In this document: positions 27,145-39,506 of the stretch, piece by piece
How positions within the stretch are numbered: the stretch's first letter is position 1
How the letters are laid out: the number at the start of each line of letters is the position of its first letter
Assembly: GCA_964016885.1 (NCBI GenBank)
Contig: OZ024745.1
Location: 12,958,001-13,022,000 of the forward strand
Direction: 5' to 3'
DNA length: 64,000 bases
From: Eledone cirrhosa
Taxonomy: Eukaryota
Made by a program: the position numbers and the translations under genes
Notes under the pieces: generated by a model
The model's input: only the letters and a program-made list of their open reading frames with translations
Database searches by the model: none
Told to the model about the DNA's origin: nothing

Positions 27145-27277
27145 GTATTTAAGTTTTTCTGTAATTTTTCTATCGTATATCTGTCTGTGTGTATCAATGT
27201 TATTGTTTTAAAATATACACTGATATATATTGTGCGGGTTGCTAACATCTCGTACAGACCTCTATGCGTAGAGTAGA

Positions 27278-27440
27278 AGCTCATCAGACCAGTGCTTATC
27301 TTGGTTTCATTGGCGTTAGGTAACTGAGAGTTAAAGATATCCTCCTGGTCAGGACACCAATCCATCGCAGGCTTAACCTCCAAGCTACTGCTGTTACTCA
27401 TTTTCAGCTGAGTGGACTGAAGCTATATGAAATGAAGTGA
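27278..27440 (-). mobile_element. SINE family B 3' fragment
   Basis: Aligns with 14348-14505 (AAGCTCATCAG...GGACACCA...TACTCATTTTCAGCTGAGTGGACTG). Confidence 0.7.
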
Positions 27441-27744
27441 AAACTCCAGTGTAAATATATTTACACGAAGGTTTCAACTGAGTTGCTTCCCTTGCATAAG
27501 CTGCACAGTTTGTGGTTTTTAACGTATCTATTGATATGTGAGACACAAGCCATTTACAATTGTTGATACTGTTACTGTTGGCAATTTATTGTGTATTGTC
27601 AACTGATTGTCATGGAATTTCTCTACATAGCAGTATGGTGACTAATAGGAAAAGTTCAATACCTAAAATCTGAGTTGCTATGGATAAAACCAGTGGTACA
27701 GTGGCCAAGATCGGATTACTTGGTATATTTACTGGGATCAGAAG

Positions 27745-29290
27745 CATGATGATCGAGATCAGTGGTGCAGAAGCTTAGATCAGTGGTGCAGAAGCTGAGA
27801 TCAAATGTGTGATGGCTGAGATCAGTGGTACAGAAACTGAGATCAAATATGTGATGGTTGAGATCAGTGGTATAGAAATTAAGATCAAATGTGTGATGGT
27901 TGAGATCAGTGGTACAGAAACTAAGATCAGATGTGTGATGGTTGAGATCAGTGGTACAGAAACTGAGATCAGATGTGTGATGGCTGAGATCAGTGGTACA
28001 GAAACTGAGATCAAATGTGTGATGGCTGAGATCAGTGGTACAGAAACTAAGATCAGATGTGTGATCGCTGAGATCAGTGGTGCAGAAACTGAGATCAAAT
28101 GTGTGATGGCTGAGATCAGTGGTACAGAAACTAAGATCAGATGTGTGATGGCTGAGATCAGTGGTACAGAAACTAAGATCAGATGTGTGATGGTTGAGAT
28201 CAGTGGTACAGAAACTGAGATCAGATGTGTGATGGCTGAGATCAGTGGTACAGAAACTGAGATCAGATGTGTGATGGCTGAGATCAGTGGTACAGAAACT
28301 GAGATCAGATGTGTGATGGCTGAGATCAGTGGTACAGAAACTAAGATCAGATGTGTGATGGTTGAGATCAGTGGTACAAAAACTGAGATCAGATGTGTGA
28401 TGGCTGAGATCAGTGGTACAGAAACTAAGATCAAATGTGTGATGGTTGAGATCAGTGGTACAGAAACTGAGATCAGATGTGTGATGGCTGAGATCAGTGG
28501 TACAGAAACTGAGATCAAATGTGTGATGGCTGAGATCAGTGGTACAGAAACTAAGATCAGATGTGTGATCGCTGAGATCAGTGGTGCAGAAACTGAGATC
28601 AAATGTGTGATGGCTGAGATCATTGGTACAGAAACTAAGATCAGATGTGTGATCGCTGAGATCAGTGGTGCAGAAACTGAGATCAAATGTGTGATGGCTG
28701 AGATCAGTAGTACAGAAACTAAGATCAGATGTGTGATGGTTGAGATCAGTGGTACAAAAACTGAGATTAGATGTGTGATGGCTGAGATCAGTGGTACAGA
28801 AACTAAGATCAGATGTGTGATGGCTGAGATCAGTGGTACAAAAACTGAGATCAAATGTGTGATGGCTGAGATCAGTGGTACAAAAACTGAGATCAAATGT
28901 GTGATGGCTGAGATCAGTGGTACAAAAACTGAGATCAAATGTGTGATGGCTGAGATCAGTGGTACAGAAACTGAGATCAAATGTGTGATGGCTGAGATCA
29001 GTGGTACAGAAACTAAGATCAAATGTGTGATGGTTGAGATCAGTGGTACAGAAACTGAGATCAAATGTGCGATGGCTGAGATCAGTGGTACAGAAACTGA
29101 GATCAAATGTGTGATGGCTGAGATCAGTGGTACAGAAACTTAGATCAAATGTGTGATCGCTGAGATCAGTGGTACAGAAACTGAGATCAAATGTGTGATC
29201 ACTGAGATCAGTGGTACAGAAACTGAGATCAAATGTGTGATGGTTGAGATCAGTGGTACAGAAGCTGAGATCAGATCTGTGATGGTTGAA
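27745..29290. repeat. 42-bp minisatellite (~36 copies, two 21-bp GAGATCA sub-repeats)
   Basis: Unit GAGATCAGTGGTACAGAAACTGAGATCAAATGTGTGATGGCT. Confidence 0.97.
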
Positions 29291-29380
29291 ATAAGATATG
29301 TAGAGCCTAAAGAGGAATTACAAGGGTTGCAAATTTACTAATAATTTATACTATTTCTATCAATAAATATTACCTTTCAG

Positions 29381-29533
29381 AAAATTCCGGTTTAAAGAAA
29401 GTGCGACTGCTTTCATTAAAACAAATTCATGAAGCGAAGAAAAAAATAAAGAACTATATTAGAGTGACACCTCTGGAATACTCTCCATTCTTGTCTAAAA
29501 TGGCAGAAGGTTCTCATGTATATATAAAATGTG
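29381..29533 (+). CDS. Ser/Thr dehydratase-serine racemase family (fold-type II PLP) exon A
   Basis: TTTCAG acceptor, G|GTAAGT donor; NSGLKKVRLLSLKQIHEAKKKIKNYIRVTPLEYSPFLSKMAEGSHVYIKC. Confidence 0.9.
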
Positions 29534-30531
29534 GTAAGTATTTTAGGAGTTGACCTGCTACTATATTTCTTAATCTAATTTAATTTTTATTGCTTCATGT
29601 ATCAAGGAAAGAGTGGCACCATTTTATTCAAAACAAATGTACCAGTTATTATACAAAAATTGTTTTTGGCAAATTTTATATATTAGGAGATGAGGGAGAG
29701 GGGTACCATAATCTTTTAAGTGCTAAGGGCCGCAAAAAAACATAACCCAGCCCTGGTAAACCCCTTTACTCCACACAATTGGCAAGTAAATTGACCATTG
29801 ATACAGAGAACTCTCACTTCATATTAACAATTTACTAGCATTATCTTACTGCATACCTTGATTCCAAGCCTTAAACATTATCACCTGACCAGACCAATAA
29901 GAAAGAATCATTTGATGTCTGCTGTATTCCACCTAATCAAATAAATCCATTTATCTTTTTGTTGCCTGAAGGATCACACAGAAATAATAAAATGAATCAA
30001 CAGTTTTTGAATGAATAGAGAGATATTGAAAGAAGTCTTATTTCAATAGGATCTTTGAAAATTTAAACTATTAAACTAATTATCAGTTATTGCTGTGTGT
30101 AATTCAGTTTTTAGAATAAATACACCACATCTCTGCTGTGTGGGGTAAGAGGCAACTAAAAGGGTTGGTGTCGTCTGGCTGTAAAACATTGTCTCAAAAC
30201 ATTCTGTCCAACCCATACCAACTTCTTGTCCTCCTCCTTCTTCTCCTTCTTTTTGGCTTTTCCTGTAAAATCAGTCCAGAAATATTCTAACCACATGTTC
30301 GTAGTACCAGAGCTGTGATCTTTCAATAAAAATAAAGTAGTGACTCTCTGATCTGCGAGTTACGTACTCTGTTGAGTAACATTACTCCAAAGACCCTTCA
30401 AAGGAACCCCATTCCAGCCACTTGTATTCTTTCAGTCATTACAATTAACATTCAGTAATCAACATATTGTTTAAACATTTCTTCAGTTGATCAAATCATA
30501 TATAAATACTTGACTTTGATTTCTCTTTTAG

Positions 30532-30665
30532 AAAATTTGCAGTGTACAGGGTCTTTCAAAGTACGCGGTGCCTTTAACAAACTATACTTGCCTAAAGAAT
30601 CCATTCCAGATATTTACAGTAAAGGAGTTGTGACAGCATCTACTGGTAATCATGCTTTGGCCTGT
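30532..30665 (+). CDS. PLP enzyme exon B (PLP-lysine motif)
   Basis: TTTTAG acceptor, |GTAAGT donor, in phase with exon A; (E)[17 protein letters not shown]...[14 protein letters not shown]. Confidence 0.92.
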
Positions 30666-31038
30666 GTAAGTAGTTTAAATATCAAAACTTGCTTTCTTAG
30701 TCACATTAGATCCAACAAGAACTGCATGTATTATGATATATATTAACATGGAATCACACTAGATATATCTAGATTGAGAGAATTAAAAGCATATCTATCA
30801 TCATCATCTTCATCGTTTTTACATCTGCTTCTCCATGCTAGCATGGGTTGGACGGGTCCTTCTCAGCATGGCATCTCTCCACTTGTTTGTGACACAAGTG
30901 ACTGTGTCTTACTTATAGAGAACAGTTTCTGGCTTGGTTTTTACAGCTGGATGTCCTTACTAACAACAACCACATTTACAGTGTGGGCTGAGTGCTTTTG
31001 GTTGGGACACCTACTCGACAGCTTTACAGTGTTTTACA

Positions 31039-31134
<96 letters not shown>

Positions 31135-31310
31135 GGAAGCAGAAAATTGCTTTTTGTGATCCAGTTCGGGGTTAAGAAACCCAGTTTCATGGATGGTTTC
31201 AACGTACGGTTAGAGGTAACTCCACAAGTTTGTAAGAATTCTGTTCAATCTTGGAGTATAAAGTATAAAAGAGAAAACACAGGTAAGCATTAAGAGAAAG
31301 GTGTGGACTG

Positions 31311-31485
31311 GGTGGACTGGGTGCTTTTCATCATGGCAGCAACACTACCACCTTACCGGGTGGACTGGGTGCTTTTCATCATGGCAGCAACACTACCACC
31401 TTACTGGGTGGAGTTGGTGCTTTTCATCATAGCACCATTTCTACCACCTTACCGGGTGGACTGGGTACTTTTCATCATGGCACCA
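31311..31485. repeat. 48-bp tandem repeat (copy number varies among units)
   Basis: GGTGGACTGGGTGCTTTTCATCATGGCAGCAACACTACCACCTTAC(T/C)G; one extra copy in unit 3. Confidence 0.9.
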
Positions 31486-31693
31486 TAGATGAAACAGGAT
31501 TCCCAGAATGATGATGTAATTCTAAAGAAGGGGTATGTTTGGTAAAGGTGATGGAAGATGAGACAAGAATCATAAAAGCAGAAGAGGTGAGTATATTGTG
31601 TAAGTTTAGATGGAATTTCAGGTGTAAACGCATTAAGTTTTGTAGCGTAAAGGATGTTGAGATGGTGTATTATTTCTTGGTTATTTATTCAAG

Positions 31694-31808
31694 GCTTGAA
31701 ATATTTGAAGAACTACCTGACGTTGATAATGTTTTTGTACCTGTCGGTGGAGGTGGCCTTATTGCTGGCATCGCTGCATATCTAAAGCAAGTAAACCCAG
31801 ATATAAAA
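31694..31808 (+). CDS. PLP enzyme exon C (glycine-rich phosphate loop), unit 1
   Basis: AAG acceptor, |GTAAGG donor; [38 protein letters not shown]. Confidence 0.88.
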
Positions 31809-31894
31809 GTAAGGATATATCTTCTTCTTCTTTGCTCACTTGTTCTTGGGAGGGTTATAGGGGCAAAATCTTAAATCAATCCTTCCAGTGGTTC

Positions 31895-32038
31895 CAGGCA
31901 CATGTGGACAGATTTTACAAGCAAAACAAACCAGCAGGAGACCCAGAGGTAGACCCCGTTCAAGGTGGTTGGATAATATCAATAAGCTCAGCTGGTCTCA
32001 CATGGGGATCCAGTCAGATCTATTGGAGGTGGTTGAAA
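31895..32038 (+). mobile_element. RTE LINE 3' fragment (also in units 2-4)
   Basis: GGAGACCCAGAGGTAGACCCCG...GCTGGTCTCACATGGGGATCCAGTC aligns with 3020-3125. Confidence 0.7.
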
Positions 32039-32301
32039 TATAAATCTACTTGTAAAATGAAAAATTAATTTTCTCTACTCACCACAGGTTCTCATACCTC
32101 TAACACTAAAAAGGTCCCCCCACCCCTAGATTAGAAGCTTCCTCTTTAACCCATTTTTACAATCCAAGTCAGCATATTGGCAGAATATTAGAGTAGGAGC
32201 AATATTTCTACTTAAAACTATAAGTGACCAAACAAGATACAAGATATCAAATACATTTGTTATCATGCTTGCTATTTACTATCTTCTATTTTGAAATGTA
32301 G

Positions 32302-32427
32302 GTGATTGGTTGTCAGCCACGGTCTTCTAAAGTGACGTATGAGAGTATCAAGGCTGGAACTATAATATTTGAAGAAAGTCAGGAAACACTCTCAGATGCC
32401 ACCTCTGGTGGAATTGAAGAAAACTCA
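32302..32427 (+). CDS. PLP enzyme exon D, unit 1
   Basis: TAG acceptor, |GTATGT donor, phase 0-0; VIGCQPRSSKVTYESIKAGTIIFEESQETLSDATSGGIEENS. Confidence 0.88.
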
Positions 32428-33740
32428 GTATGTACAGTTTATACTCCATTTTTACTATTATAACTCTACTACTGTGCTGCTAATGTTTGATTTGAACACT
32501 TTTTAGTGATGTAGCAGTTATATGGAGCTGCTAATATATAGAGTTACCATCATCATCATCACAATTTGACGTTCATTTTCCACGCTAGATGGGTTAGACA
32601 AGTTATCTTATTTGAGGCAAGTTGAGGTCAGATTACCATTTCTTGCTCAAACAGAACCGATTTTTGCTTGGTTTCTATGGTTGGATGCCCTTCCTAATGC
32701 CAACCACCTTTACAGTGAGTACCGGGTGCTTTTTGTTGTGGCACCTACATGACCACATGTATAAAGAGTAATATAGAGAGAGAGCTGCTAATATATATAG
32801 AGTAATATAGAGAGCTGCTAATATATATATAGAGTAATATATAGAGAGCTGCTAATATATATAGAGAGCTGCTAATATATATAGAGGTATATATACAGAG
32901 GTATATATAGAGAGCTGCTAATATATATAGAGGTATATATAGAGAGAGCTGCTAATATATATAGAGTAATATAGAGAGGAATATATAGAGTTATGTATGG
33001 AGAGTTATATACAGAGCTGCTTAGCAGAAAGTTTAAAAAAACAAAAACGAAATGCATGTTTGTTGATTCAAATGTTTATAGTGTGTTTACATTTTGAAAA
33101 CGTGCAGTGTCAGAGTAAAGACTTTAATGTTTAATGTGGTTCAGACATCGTGTTATTTCCTACTTTACAAGAATAGTTTACCAATTGTATTCTACATGTA
33201 TACTGAAATCAATATTATCGCTAAAATTAATGTTTAATAGTCAAATAACTTTTCGTTCAAAATTCAAGGGAGATAACTTTGATCAAGGGAGGCAATTCTT
33301 TAAAATATCAATTATCAATATTCACTCTTCTTGAATTGACCATATTTCTTAAGGAGAACTGGCTTGAGTAGTAGATTTCTTCAAATCAAGGATATTACTA
33401 ATTCACCAACATGAAGGGCTGATGGGTAGATAGCCTTTCACGGTTATACCAGAATTACTAGTACAAAGTATTCATGGTGACTCAGTATTATAATAATTCC
33501 TTCTAACTTTAGCATAAGGACAGCAATTTGGGAGAATGGGAAAGATGATTATACTGACCGCAGTACATAACTGGTACTTTATTTTATTGACCCCGGAAGA
33601 ATGAAAGGCATAGTTGACTGTGGCAGGATTTGAACTGAGATACTAAAGAGCCAGAACCAACATTGATATGCTTCTGTCCAAGCCTCTCACAACTCCATCG
33701 CATTACTCCTTGATTTCTAACTTAAGCGGAAATCCGTAAA

Positions 33741-34835
33741 TATGAGGTCTGTCGATAAAGTATCCAACTTTACTGTGGGAAGTAATGACGTTAGGGATAG
33801 AAAATAGTGCAGACTGAAGTCACATACATTCATGTGCCTGTCTAGTTTGGGGCAAGTTCTCTGGATGTGGCAGTCACTGTCAGACAGCCAGTGTGTGGAG
33901 TACTGTTCTATGTATATACACGTTACATTTTCATTTCACCTTATACTGCCCAAAAGGATTCTGAGATCCTGGATACCATGGCAACTAGAGTTGAGGTGTA
34001 TGGTAGGAGCCATAAACTGAAGCTCAAGTATTACAGTGGAAACATCCAACATTGCAAAGTTCAGGTGGAAACATCCATTGCCAAGGCCAGGAAGAAACAT
34101 ACAACACTGCCAAGGTCAGGTGGAAACATCCAACATTGCCAAGGTCAGGTGGAAACATCCATTGCCAAGTTCAGGTGGAAACATCCATTGCCAAGGCCAG
34201 GAAGAAACATACAACACTGCCAAGGTCAGGTGGAAACATCCAACATTGCCAAGGTCAGGTGGAAACATCCAACATTGTCAAGGTCAGGTGGAAATATCCA
34301 ACATTGCCAAGGTCAGGTGGAAACATCCATTGCCAAGTTCAAATGGAAACATCCAACATTGCCAAGGTCAGGTGGAAACATCCAACATTGCCAAGGTCAG
34401 GTGGAAATATCCAACATTGCCAAGGTCAGGTGGAAACATCCAACATTGCCAAGGTCAGGTGGAAACATCCATCATTGCCAAGGTCAGGTGGAAACATCCA
34501 ACATTGCCAAGACCAGGTGGAAATATCCAACATTGCCAAGGTCAGGTGGAAACATCCATTGCCAAGGTCAGGTGGAAATATCCAACACTGCCAAGGCCAG
34601 GCACAGCAAGTACAGAGCAAAATCAACATGTTGCTGTCTTCTTCAATTACTGAGACTTTGTACATCCTGAATATTCACCATAAAAACAATTAGAAAGGAT
34701 TAGTGACGCCAGATGTGTGAACCTGGCAACTACACCATGACATCAACCCATACATCGCAACTGATCCAAAGAAAGACATTTTAATCACTTACCAGACACC
34801 CTACTCTCCAGACATGGCTTCAACTGACTTACTTG
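33741..34835 (+). mobile_element. Degenerate mariner element (also at ~42567-43661, 51330-52424, 59600-60694)
   Basis: TA-TGAGGTCTGTCGATAAAGTATCCAAC TIR-like start; residual motifs ILDTMATRVE.VYG, TEAQVLQWKHPT, AQQVQSKINM, VFFNY*DFVHPEY, WQLHHD, PYSPDMASTD. Confidence 0.8.
34035..34600. repeat. 29/26-bp minisatellite inside the mariner remnant
   Basis: Unit CCAAGGTCAGGTGGAAACATCC(AAC)ATTG. Confidence 0.95.
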
Positions 34836-34976
34836 AGGACTAACAAGATATAATAATTGTTTCTACTTTAGGCACAAGGCCAGCAATTACCCAGTACATT
34901 ACTGGTACTTTATTTTATCGACCTCGTAAGGATGAAAGGCAAAAAAACAATTAATGAAAGTAAAATAGCTGTGAAA

Positions 34977-37900
34977 TGCCTCCATACACTTAGCCCAATA
35001 ATCCTTTATCAAGTTACGCCCCTTGTGCCTCCATACATTTAGCCGAGTGATCCTTCATCTAGTTACGCCCCTTGTACCTCCATACACTTAGCCCAATAAG
35101 CCTTCTTCAAGTTACGCCCCTTGTGCCTCCATACACGTAGCCCAGTGATCCTTCAGGAAGTTACGCCCCTTGTGCCGCCATACACTTAGCCCAGTGATCC
35201 TTCTTCAAGTTACGCCCATTGTGCCTCCATACACTTAGCCCAGTGATCCGTCTTCAAATTACGCCCCTTTTGCCTCCATACACTTATCCCAGTGATCCTT
35301 CATCAAGTTACGCCCCTTGTGCATCCATACACTTAGCCCAGTGATCCTTCTTCAAGTTACGCCCCTTGTGCCTCCATACACTTAGCCCAGTGACCCTTTA
35401 TCAAGTTACGCCCCTTGTGCCTCCGTACACTTAGCCCAGTGATCCTTCTTCAAGTTACACCCCTTGTGCCTCCATACACTTATCCCAGTGATCCTTCATC
35501 AAGTTACGCCCCTTGTGCTTCCATACACTTAGCCCAGTGATCCTTCTTCAAGTTACGCCCCTTTTCCCTCCATACACTTAGCCCAATAATTCTTCTTCAA
35601 GTTACGCACTTTGTGCCTCCATACACTTAGCCGAGTGATCCTTCTTCAAGTTACGCCCCTTGTGCCTCCATACACTTAGCCCAGTGATCCTTCTTTAAGT
35701 TACGCCCCTTCTGCCTCCATACACTTAGCCCAGTGATCCTTCTTCAAGTTACGCCCCTTGTGCATCCATACACTTAGCCCAGTGATCCTTCTTTAAGTTA
35801 CGCCCCTTCTGCCTCCATACACTTAGCCCAGTGATCCTTCTTCAAGTTACGCCCCTTATGCCTCCATACACTTAGCCCAGTGATCATTCATCAAGTTACG
35901 CCCCTTGTGCCTCCATACACTTAGCCCAATAATCCTTCTTCAAGTTACGAACCTTGTGCCTCAATACACTTAGCCCAGTGATCCTTCATCAAGTTACGCC
36001 CAGTGTGCCTCCATGCACTTAGCCCAGTGATCCTTCTTCAAGTTACGCCCCTTCTGCCTCCATACACTTAGCCCAGTGATCCTTCATCAAGTTACGCCCA
36101 GTGTGCCTCCATGCACTTAGCCCAGTGATCCTTCTTCAAGTTACGCCCCTTGTGCCTCCATACACTTAGCCCAGTGATCCTTCTTCAAGTTACGCCCCTT
36201 GTGCCTCCATACACTTAGCCCAGTGATCCTTCTTCAAGTTACGCCCCTTGTGCCTCCATACACTTAGCCCAGTGATCCTTCATCAAGTTACGCCCCTTGT
36301 GCCTCCACATACACTTATTCCAGTGATCCTTCTTTAAGTTACGCCCCTTCTGCCTCCATACACTTAGCCCAGTGATTCTTCTCCAAGTTACGCCCCTTGT
36401 GCCTCCATACACTTAGCCCAGTAATCCTTCTTCAAGTTACGCCCCTTGTGCCTCCATACACTTCGCCTAGTGATCCTTCATCAAGTTACGCCCCTTGTGC
36501 CTCCATACACTAAGCCCAATAATCCTTCTTCAAGTTACGCCCCTTGTGCCTCCATACAATTAGCTCAGTGATCCTTCTTCAAGTTACGCCCCTTGTGCCT
36601 CCATACACTTAGCCCAATAATCCTTCTTCAAGTTACGCCCCTTGTGCCTCCATACACTTAGCCCAATGATCCTTCATCAAGTTACGCCCCTTGTGCCTCC
36701 ATACACTTAGCCCAATAATCCTTCTTCAAGTTACGCCCCTTGTGCCTCCATACACTTAGCCCAGTGATCCTTTATCAAGTTACGCCCCTTGTGCCTCCAT
36801 CCTTTTAGCACAGTGATCCTTCATAAAGTTACGCCCATTGTGCCTCCATACACTTAGCCCAGTGATCCTTCTTCAAGTTACGCCCCTTGTGCCTCCATAC
36901 ACTTAGCCCAGTGATCCTTCTTCAAGTTACGCGCCTTGTGCCTCCATACACTTAGCCCAATAATCCTTCTTCAAGTTAGGCTCGTTGTGCCTTCATACAC
37001 TTAGCCCAATAATCCTTTTTCAAGTTACGCCCCTTATGCCTCCATACATTTAGCCCAGTGATCCTGCTTCAAGTTACGCCCCTTGTGCCTCCATAGACTT
37101 AGCCCAGTGATCCTTCTTCAAGTTACGCCCCTTGTGCCTCCATACACTTAGCCCAGTGATCCTTCTTCAAGTTACGCCCCTTGTGCTTTCATACACTTAG
37201 CCCAATAATCCTTCTTCAAGTTAGGCTCGTTGTGCCTTCATACACTTAGCCCAATAATCCTTTTTCAAGTTACGCCCCTTGTGCCTCCATACATTTAGCC
37301 CAGTGATCCTGCTTCAAGTTACGCCCCTTGTGCCTCCATACATTTAGCCCAGTGATCCTGCTTCAAGTTACGCCCCTTGTGCCTCCATACACTTAGCCCA
37401 GTGATCCTTCATCAAGTTACGCCCCTTGTGCCTCCATACACTTAGCCCAGTGATCCTTCATCAAGTTACGCCCCTTGTGCCTCCATACACTTATCCCAGT
37501 GATCCTTCATCAAGTTACGCCCCTTGTGCCTCCATACACTGAGGCACAAAAGTCGTAACTTGAAGAAGGATCACTGGGCTAGGTGTATGGAGGCACAAGG
37601 GGCGTAACTTGAAGAAGGATCACTGGGCTAAGTGTATAGAGGCACAAGGGGCGTAACATGATGAAGGATCACTGGGCTAAGTGTATGGAGGCACAAGGGG
37701 CGTAACATGAAGAAAGATCACTGGGCCAAGTGTATGGAGGCACATGGTGCGTAACTTGATGAAGGATCACTGGGCTAAGTGTATGGAGGCACAAGGGGCG
37801 TAACTTGATGAAGGATCACTGGGCTAAGTGTATGGGGGCACAAGGGGCGTAACTTGAAGAAGGATCACTGGGATAAGTGTATGGAGGCACAAGGGGCGTA

Positions 37901-39506
37901 ACTTGATGAAGGATCACTCGGCTAAGTGTATGGAAGCACAAGGGGCGTAACTTGAAGAAGGATCACTGGGCTAAGTGTATGGAGGCACAAGGTGCGTAAC
38001 TTGAAGAAGAATTATTGGGCTAAGTGTATGGAGGCAAAAGGGGCGTAACTTGATAAAGGATCACTGGGCTAAGTGTATGGAGGCACAAGGTTCGTAACTT
38101 GAAGAAGAATTATTGGGCTAAGTGTATGGAGGCACAAAGGGCGTAACTTGAAGAAGGATTATTGGGCTAAGTGTATGGAAGCACAAGGGGCGTAACTTGA
38201 TGAAGGATCACTGGGATAAGTGTATGGAGGCACAAGGGGCGTAACTTGAAGAAGGATCACTGGGCTAAATGTATGGAGGCACAAGGGGCGTAACTTGATA
38301 AAGGGTTATTGGGCTAAGTGTATGGAGGCACACTGGGCGTAACTTGATGAAGGATCACTGGGCTAAGTGTATGGAGGCACAAGGGGCGTAACTTGAAGAA
38401 GGATCACTGGGCTAATTGTATGGAGGCACAAGGGGCGTAACTTGATAAAGGGTTATTGTACTAAGTGTATGGAGGCACAAGGGGCGTAACTTGATGAAGG
38501 ATCACTGGGCTAAGTGTATGGAGGCACAAGGGGCGTAACTTGAAGAAGGATCACTGGGCTAAGTGTATGGACCCACAAGGGGCATAACTTGAAGGAGGAT
38601 CACTCGGCTAAGTGTATGAGGCACAAGGGGCGTAACTTGAAGAAGGATCACTGGGCTAAGTGTATGGAGGCACAAGGGGCGTAACTTGATTAAGGGTAAT
38701 TGGGCTAAGTGTATGGAGGCACAAAGGGCGTAACTTGATAAAGGGTTATTGGGCTAAGTGTATGGAGGCACAAGGAGCTTAACTTGAAAAGGATCACTGG
38801 GCTAAGTGTATGGAGGCACAAGGGGCGTAACTTGAAGAAGGATCACTGGGCTATGTGCATGGAGGCACAAGGGGCGTAACTTGAAGAAGGATCACTGGGC
38901 TAAGTGTATGGAGGCACACTGGGCGTAACTTGATGAAGGATCACTGGGCTAAGTGTATGGACCCACAAGGGGCTTAACTTGAAGAAGGATCACTGGGCTA
39001 AGTGTATGGAGGCACAAGGGCCGTAACTTGAAGAAGGATCACTGGGCTAAGTGTATGGAGCACAAGGGGCGTAACTTGAAGAAGGATCACTGGGCTAAGT
39101 GTATGGAGGCACAAGGGGCGTAACTTGAAGAAGGATTATTGGGCTAAGTGTATGGAGGTACAAGGGGCGTAACTTGAAGAAGGATCACTGGGCTAAATGT
39201 ATGGAGGCACAAGGGGCGTAACTTGAAGAAGGATCACTGGGCTAAGTGTATGGAGGCACAAGGGGCGTAACTTGATAAAGGATTATTGTGCTGAGTGTAT
39301 AGAGGCACAAGGGGCGTAACTTGAATAAGGATTATTGGGCTGAGTGTATGGAGGTACGAGGGGCGTAACTTGAAGAAGGATTATTGGGCTGAGTGTATGG
39401 AGGCACAAGGGGCGTAACTTGATAAATGATCACTGGGCTAAGTGTATGGAGTCACAAGGGGCGTAACTTGATAAAGGATCACTGGGCTAAGTGTATGGAG
39501 GCACAA
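34977..39506. repeat. Foldback array of 49-bp satellite, unit 1 (inversion point 37540/37541)
   Basis: Unit GCCTCCATACACTTAGCCCAGTGATCCTTCTTCAAGTTACGCCCCTTGT, ~52 copies forward then ~40 reverse-complement. Confidence 0.97.

Larger units (their letters stand above)
30683..39503 (+). repeat. Tandem segmental unit 1 (8821 bp)
   Basis: CAAAACTTGCTTTCTTAGTC at 30683 recurs at 39504, 48230 and 56601 with near-identical downstream sequence. Confidence 0.95.

Noticed and set aside
27775-29143. 444-aa and 443-aa ORFs on opposite strands (MAEISGTETEIKCV repeats)
   Set aside because: Product of a 42-bp unit that is a multiple of 3; open on both strands, TAG variants at both edges, no non-repeat domain; most likely intronic minisatellite
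33867-34693. Three overlapping 200-270-aa ORFs, including FISPY and VEVYG motifs that might be the missing dehydratase exon
   Set aside because: The motifs are in the wrong order for the enzyme and are explained by a decayed mariner plus a 29-bp repeat
34977-39506. CRISPR-like regular repeats (also 13372-15177 and 26931-27053)
   Set aside because: Head-to-tail repeats with no unique spacers, no cas genes, eukaryotic context
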